DNA from: Myxococcales bacterium
Lineage (GTDB): Bacteria; Myxococcota_A; Polyangia; Fen-1088
Assembly: GCA_043759805.1 (NCBI GenBank)
Contig: JAYUPZ010000498.1
Location: 1-32,864 of the forward strand
Direction of reading: 5' to 3'
DNA: 32,864 bases
Both the position numbers and the translations under genes were made by a program. Shown here in pieces: positions 17,113 to 26,300 of this stretch; the stretch's first letter is position 1, and each line of letters begins with the position of its first letter. Below the pieces are notes generated by a model. The model was not told the DNA's origin and ran no database searches. It saw only the letters and a program-made list of their open reading frames with translations.

Positions 17113-18066
17113 ATGCACGCCTTGCGAAATGCTGTTGTCCTGTCCGCCACGGTATCCCTTCTGGGAAGCCTGGGATGCGCCACCTCGGGGCCAAGTCCCG
17201 AAGAGCTTGCCGCCATGGAGGAGAAAAGCCCCGCGCGTCGAACCGAGGAAAAGCTCACCAACGCCCTCATGTCGCGCATTCGCACGAAAAAGGAAAAGGC
17301 GCGCGGTCGTGATCGCCATCCGCTCATCACGATGACCTTCTTCGGACTTGAAGACACCATGAACGTCGTCGAGATCCAGCCGGGCTGGGGTTGGTACACG
17401 AAGGTATTGGCACCGACGCTTGCCGACACCGGCAAGTTGACCGTGGCCATGGGCGATCCGGCCGGACCCGCTGATGATTATTCCGCCCGCCAGGCGCGCT
17501 ACATCGTGAAACAAAAAGAAAAGCATCCGGCCGAACTTGGCAAGATGAATGCCGTCGTATTGTCGAGCACGGGTGACATCAACCTTGGACCTGCCGGCTC
17601 GGCTGACATGGTGCTCAGCATTCGCTGCCTGCATACCTGGATGGCCAATGGCTCCGCCGACAAGATGCTGGCAGCGGTCAAGAACGTCTTGCGTGCCGGT
17701 GGTACGTTTGCCGTGGAAGGACACCGTGCCGAGCCCGGCAAGACGGATCCCGCCAAGGGCTACGTCGCAGAAGCAGACGCGATTAAACTGATTGAAGGCG
17801 CAGGCTTTAAACTCGATGGCAAGACCGAGTTCAACGCCAACACCAAGGACACGAAGGATCACCCCAAGGGCGTGTATTCGTTGCCCCCGACGTTGACGCC
17901 CGCAGATGCACCCGAAGGTGCGGTGAGCGAAGATGGCTCCGAGGACAGCGACAGCGCAGATGAAGCGGGTGTCAGCGGTGGTGGTGCAGCCGCCTCTGAC
18001 CGTGCAAAGTTCATCGCGATCGGCGAAAGTGATCGCTTTACCCTTCGCTTCAAGAAGCCGGAGTAA
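17113..18066 (+). CDS. Class I SAM-dependent methyltransferase-like protein with N-terminal signal peptide
   Basis: ATG 17113 gives MHALRNAVVLSATVSLLGSLGC. Motif-I-like VVEIQPGWGWYTKVLA, then DMVLSIRCLHTW, GGTFAVEGHRA, KDTKDHPKGVYSLPP and the tail GESDRFTLRFKKPE. From memory this resembles the COG4798-type predicted methyltransferases; not verified. Confidence 0.6.
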   Translation: MHALRNAVVLSATVSLLGSLGCATSGPSPEELAAMEEKSPARRTEEKLTNALMSRIRTKKEKARGRDRHPLITMTFFGLEDTMNVVEIQPGWGWYTKVLAPTLADTGKLTVAMGDPAGPADDYSARQARYIVKQKEKHPAELGKMNAVVLSSTGDINLGPAGSADMVLSIRCLHTWMANGSADKMLAAVKNVLRAGGTFAVEGHRAEPGKTDPAKGYVAEADAIKLIEGAGFKLDGKTEFNANTKDTKDHPKGVYSLPPTLTPADAPEGAVSEDGSEDSDSADEAGVSGGGAAASDRAKFIAIGESDRFTLRFKKPE

Positions 18067-18128
18067 CGCCCACGCTTCTTGCCGAACGCATCGCCGCGGG
18101 TCCCGATCCGGAACACGCAGCGATCCGG

Positions 18129-20897
18129 TTGCAACGCTTCGCCGAAGAGGGAGGCTCGCTGCCGAAAGACGATGGCGACGTGCGCCTTCTCTGCGCGTTG
18201 TTGTCGAGCGGCAGCTATCTGCCGCGTTTGCTCGAGGCGGATCCGGGTCGATTCGAGAGGCTGTGTTCAGACCCGTTCTTGCGGAATCGGAAACCCCGCG
18301 AACGATTCCTTGCAGAAGCCGCCCGGGCGGTTAGCGGCGTGGGCGACTACGCGGGCCTACAAAAATCGCTACGGCTTTTTGCGCAGACCGAAATGCTGCG
18401 CCTCGGGGCACGTCAGCTGGGATGGGGCACGACCGAAGAAGTGGCCGCGGAACTATCTTGGCTTGCGGATGCCTGTTTGATCGAAGCCATTCGTTTCTGT
18501 GACGTTTACCTTGGCCGGACCCACGGGCGACCGGAAAGCCCCGAAGGAACGCCGAGTTTTGTGGTCATCGCAATGGGCAAGATGGGCGGAGAAGAACTGA
18601 ATTTCAGTTCGGACATCGATCTCATCTATTTCTATTCGACAGACGAGGGCAACGCCGGCCGACTTTCACTGCATGAGTACTACGCCAAGTTGTCGCAATT
18701 GGTGACCCGCGCCATCGATGAATCCACCGAAGATGGCTTCATCTTTCGGGTCGACTTGAGGCTCCGCCCCGAAGGCCGCAGTGGTCCGATGTGCAACTCG
18801 GTGAGCGCGGCCGAACAGTACTACGAAACCTTCGGACGCACCTGGGAGCGCCAGGCCCTTTTGCGGGCGCGGCCCTGTGCGGGCGATGAGGCCCTTGGAC
18901 ACCGGGTGTTGTCCACCCTGCTGCCGTTTATCCACCGTCGCACCCTCGATCCCAAGATCATCGCCGAAGTGTTGTCTCTGCGAGACATGTTTCGAGAGGG
19001 CATTCCACCTGAAATTTTTGACGTCAAACTGTCGCCCGGTGGCATTCGCGACTGTGAACTGGTGGCGCAAGTGCTGCAGCTCCTGCACGGAGGTCAACGA
19101 CCGGATCTGCGTACGCGCGAAACACCCGGAGGTTTGCAGCGGCTCTTCGTCTCGGGTTTGCTGACCGATCGCGAGCGCAATAATTTGCTTAATGCCTATC
19201 GTTTTTTGCGAACCCTCGAACACCACATCCAGCTTGAAAACGGTGCGCAGACCCAGCGACTGCCCACCGACGAGGCGGCACAAACGCGCCTCGCGCGGCA
19301 ACTTGGGTTTCCGGATCGCGGGGCTCTTCTGTCTGAAATCGAAAAGCATCGCGTCGCCGTGCGCGGCATCGCAGATACCATGGGCAGCCCCTCGGAAGGC
19401 CCTCCAGGCGAAGTGCTACGTTTACTCGATCCGGCGCGTGAACCGGAGCAGATCGAGGCAGAGCTTTCAAAACTTGGGTTCGTATCGTTGGTCGAAAGTC
19501 GCCGCGCAATTGAGTCGGCGCGCGCGCGGTTGCCCGTGCAGTGGCTTGCAGAGGTAATAGCGAGTCCCAATCCTGACCGGGCGTTGCTTGGGTTTCGCGA
19601 TCTGGTTTTGCGTGGGTCACAGGGACTGATGTCTCTCGTCTCCAACTATCCGCAACTCACGCGCATGCTGGCAGGCCTATTTGGCACAAGTGCGCGTCTG
19701 TCTCGCCTGCTCATCGCAAACCCCGATCTCTGGGAGCCCTTGCTTTCAGGCATCGGCAGACCGCATCCCCCCGAGACCTTTTGGCAAACGGGCTTGCAAG
19801 ACCGGCTTGCAACCTTGCCAACCGGCGACGAGGAAGGCCGTTTGCGCGAGATGCGTCGGTATCAAACCGAGGAGATCTTGCGCATCGGATTGCACGATGT
19901 GGCGGGAACACTTTTGCCCGCAGAAATATCGCGGCAATTGACGCAGGTTGCAGAGAGTTGTTTGCGGGCATCCATCCATGAAGCCGCCCAGGCAATCTCG
20001 CATCGTTACGGCGTTCCGGATACCGAATTGACGGTCCTGGGTATGGGCAGCGTTGGCGCCCATGAAACGCGTTACGGTTCCGATCTGGATCTGGTTTTTC
20101 TCTTTGCTGAAAAGGGCACAACTGAAAAGGGCATTGAATACCAGGAGTGGTTCGTGCGCCTCGCCCAACGCTTGATAGCGCAGATGTCGGCGTGGATGCC
20201 CGAAGGGCGCCTCTATGAAATCGACACGCGCCTTCGTCCCTCGGGTCAGCAAGGGTTGCTGGTCACAACCTATGCGGCTTTTGCTCGCTACCACGATCAC
20301 GATGCCGCTCCGTGGGAGCGCGGTGCGCTTTTGCGCGCCCGTCCGTTGTATTGCGGAAATCTTTTTCAAAAACAGGAAGCGGATCGATTTTCAGAAACTT
20401 TGACGACGATTGCCTACAGCACCATCGCCAATCCGGAGGAACTGCGGCGTGAGTTGCGCCGCATTCGCATGAAGGTGGAAGACGAACGGGGCAACAAACG
20501 CAAACATGCGCGCCATCTGCGCCTGTCACCGGGAGGTCTGACCGACGGCGAGTTTATCGCCGCATTCGGCCAACTTTCTTTTGGAAAGCAACACCCGACT
20601 TTGCAAACCACGTCGCCCATTGTTGCGCTGACAGCGTTGCACGAACTGCAACTCTTGCCGATCGCGCCGCCGCTTTTTGCCGAGGTGTTGCAAGATTACG
20701 CCTGGCTTCGGCGCGTAGGATTGCGAATCCGACTTTTGCACGACGACGACGCTTGTGAGGAATGGTTGGACGACGAGGGCGATCCGGTGCTCGCACGGAC
20801 GCTGGACATCGATGAGGCGGAACTCTTGCCGAAGACTCATGCTGCCATGGCGCGCATCCGACTGGCATACGACCAGGTTTTCGAGCCGAAGGATTGA
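18129..20897 (+). CDS. glnE: Bifunctional glutamine synthetase adenylyltransferase / adenylyl-removing enzyme
   Basis: Two nucleotidyltransferase cores (GKMGGEELNFSSDIDLIYFY and GMGSVGAHETRYGSDLDLVFLF), each followed by RVDLRLRP / EIDTRLRP. The TTG at 18129 is the first canonical start, but the frame is open and protein-like from 18033 (see findings). Confidence 0.9.
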   Translation: MQRFAEEGGSLPKDDGDVRLLCALLSSGSYLPRLLEADPGRFERLCSDPFLRNRKPRERFLAEAARAVSGVGDYAGLQKSLRLFAQTEMLRLGARQLGWGTTEEVAAELSWLADACLIEAIRFCDVYLGRTHGRPESPEGTPSFVVIAMGKMGGEELNFSSDIDLIYFYSTDEGNAGRLSLHEYYAKLSQLVTRAIDESTEDGFIFRVDLRLRPEGRSGPMCNSVSAAEQYYETFGRTWERQALLRARPCAGDEALGHRVLSTLLPFIHRRTLDPKIIAEVLSLRDMFREGIPPEIFDVKLSPGGIRDCELVAQVLQLLHGGQRPDLRTRETPGGLQRLFVSGLLTDRERNNLLNAYRFLRTLEHHIQLENGAQTQRLPTDEAAQTRLARQLGFPDRGALLSEIEKHRVAVRGIADTMGSPSEGPPGEVLRLLDPAREPEQIEAELSKLGFVSLVESRRAIESARARLPVQWLAEVIASPNPDRALLGFRDLVLRGSQGLMSLVSNYPQLTRMLAGLFGTSARLSRLLIANPDLWEPLLSGIGRPHPPETFWQTGLQDRLATLPTGDEEGRLREMRRYQTEEILRIGLHDVAGTLLPAEISRQLTQVAESCLRASIHEAAQAISHRYGVPDTELTVLGMGSVGAHETRYGSDLDLVFLFAEKGTTEKGIEYQEWFVRLAQRLIAQMSAWMPEGRLYEIDTRLRPSGQQGLLVTTYAAFARYHDHDAAPWERGALLRARPLYCGNLFQKQEADRFSETLTTIAYSTIANPEELRRELRRIRMKVEDERGNKRKHARHLRLSPGGLTDGEFIAAFGQLSFGKQHPTLQTTSPIVALTALHELQLLPIAPPLFAEVLQDYAWLRRVGLRIRLLHDDDACEEWLDDEGDPVLARTLDIDEAELLPKTHAAMARIRLAYDQVFEPKD

Positions 20898-20899
20898 CC

Positions 20900-21379
20900 A
20901 TGGCCGACGAAAAAAACTACATGACGGTCGCAGGCCACCGCAAGATGACCACCGAGTTCGATTTCTTGCGTGCGAAGAAGCGACCGGAGGTGGTGTCCGC
21001 ACTGGCGGATGCTGCGGCCGAGGGCGATCGTTCAGAAAACGCGGAGTACATCTATCGCAAAAAACAACTGCGCGAGATCGATAGGCGTTTGCGTTTTCTG
21101 GCCAAGCGCCTCGACATCGCAGTCGTCGTGGATCCGCGCGAGCAGAAAAGCCGCGATCGCGTTTTCTTTGGTGCGAAGGTGACCGTTGAGGACGAAGACG
21201 GCGTCATACACAACTGGCGCATCGTGGGCGCAGATGAGATAGGCGAAGACCGCAACGACATATCCTGGCAGTCTCCCGTGGGACGCGCCTTGATCGGAAA
21301 GTCAGTGGGACAAACCGTCGTCGCACGGCTCCTCGAAAGCACCCGCGAGCTGACGATTACCGCTGTGGGCTACGTTTGA
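20900..21379 (+). CDS. greB: Transcript cleavage factor GreB (GreA/GreB family)
   Basis: [26 protein letters not shown] closely matches the GreB signature [50 protein letters not shown] also fits. The ATG lies 2 nt after the glnE TGA (alternative TTG at 20894). Confidence 0.85.
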   Translation: [159 protein letters not shown]

Positions 21380-21449
21380 ACCGGGCGTGGTCAGGCCGAG
21401 CGGCATGCAATTCAAGAAATGACCGGTTCCCGACGATGGTGTCGACGTC

Positions 21450-22502
21450 TTGTGTTCGCTCGTGAAACTGTCGGGTTTGGCCGTTTGCGCGATGACGCTG
21501 GCTTGTGTTGCACTTGATCGACCCGGACAAGGCAATACCGGAGGCAACGGTGCCTTGCCCGGTGCCAAAAACGAGATACCGGTCATTGACATGGGCGGCA
21601 AACGGGTGCTACCCGTTCCTGGAGAATTCGCAACCATTGCACCGATGGTCACCGACGACGGTTTCGGGACGACACCGCTTCTGTATTCCTGGAAGTCGAT
21701 CGGCGGTCCAACCGCAGTGCTCTTTTCGACGAATGATACCTTGAGCGTCGAAGCCCATTTCGAGTTGCCAGGCAGCTATCGCATAGAGCTCACGATCAAC
21801 GACGATGGGCTAGCAGCATCGGCACAACTTGAGATAGAAGTTCTCGATCTCCGGAATCACCTTATCGCCCACTGGCCGCTCGACGATGGCACCAACATGG
21901 CGATGGATCTTTCGGGCAACGGACTCCATCTTGCCCTGCACGGCGCCGGCTGGGAACCCGGAGTGATAGGAAAAGCCCTCAACCTGGCTGGCAACAATGA
22001 CTGGGGAGATGTCGCCGACACAAACAAGTCGTTTGCATTCGCGGGCGATTTTTCGGTTTCCTTCTGGATAAAAACCACCCAGCGGGCGGTCGTCCCCGAC
22101 ATACCAACCGTATTTCGGTACGCCACCGATGCTCCGCAGGGTTACCGAGGCTGGGAAGTGGCGTTCGGCGTCAACGGCCTGCTGGAGTTCAAAACCATCG
22201 AGAAGGGAAATATCATCGGCGTTGGGCGCGCTGGATTAAATGACGGTAAATGGCACCACTTTGTCGGACAGCGCAAGGGGACCGATCTTCAAGCGTGGAT
22301 AGACGGCGAATACCTCAAGCGTGATACGTCTGCCATTGTGTTCATGCCAGTTGCCGATTTTTTCATCGGCGGTGCCAACGGTGGTAATTCCGTCGACTTC
22401 GACGGCAGCCTGGACGACATCCGAATTTTTTCGCGGTCACTATCCCCAAACGAGATCGCAGCCCTGGCCAATGCAATGATTGTGACTGGCTGGGCGTGCT
22501 AA
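21450..22502 (+). CDS. Secreted PKD-like plus LamG (concanavalin A-like lectin) domain protein
   Basis: N-terminus ...LSGLAVCAMTLAC (signal peptide; start TTG 21450 or GTG 21462). PKD/Ig-like LLYSWKSIGGPTAVLFS...GSYRIELTINDDG. LamG-type HWPLDDG...DLSGNGLHL...GDFSVSFWIK...DGKWHHFVG...GSLDDIRIFSRSLSPNEIAALA. Confidence 0.75.
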   Translation: MCSLVKLSGLAVCAMTLACVALDRPGQGNTGGNGALPGAKNEIPVIDMGGKRVLPVPGEFATIAPMVTDDGFGTTPLLYSWKSIGGPTAVLFSTNDTLSVEAHFELPGSYRIELTINDDGLAASAQLEIEVLDLRNHLIAHWPLDDGTNMAMDLSGNGLHLALHGAGWEPGVIGKALNLAGNNDWGDVADTNKSFAFAGDFSVSFWIKTTQRAVVPDIPTVFRYATDAPQGYRGWEVAFGVNGLLEFKTIEKGNIIGVGRAGLNDGKWHHFVGQRKGTDLQAWIDGEYLKRDTSAIVFMPVADFFIGGANGGNSVDFDGSLDDIRIFSRSLSPNEIAALANAMIVTGWAC

Positions 22503-22537
22503 GACGAAGGGACAACGCTCTGATTCCGCCTGTCGCC

Positions 22538-23047
22538 TCAGCGTCGGCGCGGCGACATGGCGCGGGCAATTTCGCGATCGGCCTCACGCTTCTTTTCTGT
22601 ATCGCGCTTGTCCCAGTCTTGCTTGCCGTGTACCAAGGCCAGCTCAACCTTGATCTTTCCGCCCTTGTCATACACTTGCAGGGGGACGATGGTGTACCCC
22701 TTGGCCTGCAGCTTCTGCGCAAGCCTGTCGATCTCACGGCGGTGTAGGAGCAGTTTGCGACGGCGGCGGGCCTCGTGGTTGCGTGCGTGTGAGAAGCCGT
22801 AACCGGTGATGTCCATCTGGTGCAGCCAGCACTCGTTGTTGTTCACGTCCGCAAAGGCATCGACGAGGGTCGCCTTGCCAGCCCGGATCGATTTGACCTC
22901 CGACCCCCCGAGCGACAGTCCGGCTTCGATGGTTTCATCGATGTGATATTCGTGCCGCGCCTTCCGATTGCGCGCCAAGACAATGATGGCGACAGCTTCC
23001 TTGCCACCGCCAGTCGGCTTGCCTTTCTGGCTTTTCTGCCCTGACAC
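22538..23047 (-). CDS. smpB: SsrA-binding protein
   Basis: ARNRKARHEYHIDETIEAGLSLGGSEVKSIRAGKA and the basic C-tail are SmpB-typical. The ORF opens at TTG 23155. GTG 23047 gives a 169-aa product, close to the length of characterised SmpB (E. coli, 160 aa), and leaves an AT-rich promoter-like stretch upstream. Confidence 0.85.
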   Translation of the reverse strand: MSGQKSQKGKPTGGGKEAVAIIVLARNRKARHEYHIDETIEAGLSLGGSEVKSIRAGKATLVDAFADVNNNECWLHQMDITGYGFSHARNHEARRRRKLLLHRREIDRLAQKLQAKGYTIVPLQVYDKGGKIKVELALVHGKQDWDKRDTEKKREADREIARAMSPRRR

Positions 23048-23355
23048 GGCGCCTAGGGTGGGCTCGGGACGGGGCTGCGTCAAGGTATCGTCGTATATCC
23101 ACCTGATATTATTGCTAATTTTGGATTTCTTGCGCGTTGTTCCAGGGCACGGCAAGCTCTAGCTCTGTTCCATCCCGTCGGGCAGTTCATGACGCGATCT
23201 CTTTTTTGTACGAAATCCCCTGTCGTGCGGGCAAAAACCATGCGCTCGGCCCCCTCAGGTCGGGTTCCTGACTGCCGATATTAGCTGCCTGCGCCATGGC
23301 TTATTCACAGCGCCTGACCCACTTTTCCCAGAGACCGTGATCGGACGAAAAAACA

Positions 23356-26300
23356 ATGGCCAGTGATAACGGTGGTCGAAAATCCAAAAAGAGCCGCGTT
23401 CCATCGGAGACGCCTGTGTCGGATCCGCGATTAGCCGAGGCGTTGCGCCGGGTCGAATCCAATCCAGGTGATACCGGTCACTGGGATGCGCTCGAAGAAA
23501 TTTCCGGCGAACTCCAGCTGCCTGAAAGCGTCGCCGCGCTCTTTTTGACGGTGCTCGAAGGTCCGCGCGGCAGCGAGCTTGGGGACGATCTCGGTCAACG
23601 TGCCGTACGCTTCCACGAAGAGTGGTTTGGTGATGATCCCGCGCCGCTCATTGAGCTTCTACACATCGTGCTCAAGCTTGACCCGTCGCTTGACTGGGCA
23701 TTCGAGCGCTTGACGCTTTTGCTGTCGGTTGGCCAGCGTTGGCCAGAACTACTTGAACTGTACGACGAAACGCTGGCTCGCCTCAAAGATGGCCAACAGC
23801 GCCGCAAGATTCTGCAAGAGGCAGCCGGAGTCGCGAAAGACTTCGTCGGCGAGATGGATCGGGCGATCGGGTACCTCGACGAGCTGTTCCGCTCCCGCCC
23901 TGCCGATCCCCATGTCGCTTCGTCGCTCGAACGGCTGCTCGAAAAAGAAGAAAAGTGGGCCGACCTCGCCCGCGTATGGCAAACACGGCTCGAATATCTG
24001 AGCGGCAACGATGCCCACGAATTGCGCGGACGGCTGGCAACGTTGCGCCTCGATCGCCTCGCGGATCCCACCGGATCCCTTTCAGATGCGCGTACCCTCC
24101 TCGGTGAAAAGGGCGACGATGGCCCTGCCTGCCAGGCGCTTGAACGCATCCTGGCCATGTCGACGGCTCCCGCAAACGTACGACGCGACGCTCTTGAACT
24201 CGTTCGCGCGCAGCACGAAAAACAAGGACGCAAAGATCGCATCGTTGCAATCTTGCAGACAGCGCATGCCTTCGCCTCGGACGAGGAAAAGGTTGACCTG
24301 CTGCGCGAGTCGGCCGAGCGATTGCAAGGTCAGGGCGAAGGCTCCGCGGCGATGGAGAAGCTGGTCGAGCTGCTTGCCATCAATCCGAATGACACCGAGA
24401 TGCGCACGCGTTTGCGCCATCTCGCTGAACTTTCGGGTGCCCATGACATGTACGTCAAAGGGCTTGCCGTTGCAGCAGAGAAAACTCCTAGTGCGAAGCT
24501 TCGCGGTGCCTTGCTTATCGAAGCGGGCCGCGTTCTGGAGGATGTTCTAGCCAACCACGCCGAGGCCATTGTCTTCTTCTCGCGAGCCGCCGACGATGTG
24601 GAAGCCGACACCACCCGACAATTGACTGCACTGCGCCGTTTGATTTCGTTGCTCGACCGTGACGATCAGGCTGCCGCTCGCTTGAACGCGCTTGAGCGGG
24701 TCGCCTCGCTCGCAACCGAAAATGCCGAACGCCGAACCGCGCTTGGACAGGCAGGACGCCTGGCCGGACGCCTCGGCGAGATCGATCGCGCCGTCGTTGC
24801 GTGGCAGGCGCGGCTCGCACTGGATGCAACCGATCGAGAGGCGCTCACCGCGCTCGTCGATCTGCTGGCGGAAGCCGGCCGACACGAACCCCTGTGTACC
24901 GTCCTGCGACAGCGCGCCGGGAATGCCATATCCGCTCAGGACAAGCGCGCCGATCTTGCTCGCGTGGCACGGTTGCAGGCGAGTGCCCTTTCAAATTTTT
25001 CTGCCGCCATTGAAACCTGGCTCGAGGTGCAACACGGCTTTGGCGAAGACGCTGAATCGACGCAGGCACTCCGCGATCTCTTCGGGGGCGAATCCCGCTG
25101 GCAGGAACTCTCCGATTTGCTCGCACGTACCGGCAAACGCGATCGGACCCAGCTGGCCGAGCTCTATTGTCGACTCGGCGAGCTTTACCGTAAACACCTT
25201 GATCGACCCATCGATGCGGTGCGTTCTTATGGTCACGCACTCGAAACTGATCCGGCGCAGGCTCAGGCCCGCGCAGGTCTCGTGGCCTTGCTGGACCTGG
25301 CTGACTGTCAACCAGCCGCCATCGCGGCACTCGTTCGTTCGTACACGGTGACACGCGAGATCAATCCGCTCGTGGCTCTTGTCGAACGGCGCTTGTTGTT
25401 GTGTGTGGACGATGCTGCACGCGCAAGGCTGCTGGTCGAGACCGCCGAGATGGTCGAGCGCGACGGCGGCGATCGCAATGGTGCCCTCAAGTATCTGGCC
25501 ATGGCGCTGGTATTCTCGCCCGAGAACGCACGAACCGAGGCGGAATTGTTGCGGCTTGCACCTCTGACCGACGGATGGAACACCGCTGTCGAGGCAATTC
25601 GTTCTGCCATCGCGAAACTGCCAGCTAACGTACCACGGGTGATTCACTTGCGACTGCAAGAGGCGACCATTCTTGAAGAGCATTGCAACGATCGCCAGGC
25701 GGCTCTTTCGGCGTTTGAGATCGCTTGCCAGCTTGCCCCCGATCGTGTCGTCGCCCGTTCCGGTCGGATTCGCGTCGCAACCGCTCTCGGTAACTGGGCG
25801 ATCGCAGCCGAGGCCATGCTCGCGGCGCCGGTTTCAGCCGAAGTCGTCGTCGGCGAACACCTTCCTATTATTGAAAAAGCCGCCATGGCCCTTGGTCCCG
25901 AGGCCTGGAAATCTGCCGGCGCGGCCATCGAAACAGAGATCGATCGACGCAAGACTCTGCCCCGCGCACTTTGCCGGGACCTGGAAGGCACCCTGGCTGC
26001 GTGGTACGAAACCTATCTGGGCGACGCGGGAAAGTCCGATGCCTCAAAGGCGTTGGCTCGGGCCGTTAAATTCGACCGCCATCACGCAGCAACGTTGACT
26101 CGTCTTTGCGATCTGCAACGGGTGAAGCCTGATCGTGCACTCTTCGACACACTCAATCGACTGGCGGAACTGCAGCCCACCAACGTCGATCTTTCGCTTG
26201 AAGCGCTCGACATCGCCCACCAGTCGCTCGGCGATCGGGCATTGACGCTAAAAACTGGGTTGGCCCTCATTGAGCACGCTGCGCACATGCTCCGGGCCGA

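Noticed and set aside
23156-23355. Possible ssrA (tmRNA) or tRNA gene next to smpB
   Set aside because: No GGGG 5' end, no T-arm (GGTTCGAATCC-like) and no ...CCA tail seen on either strand. The interval is too short for a tmRNA. Only a 5-bp hairpin (TCAGG...CCTGA) is present.
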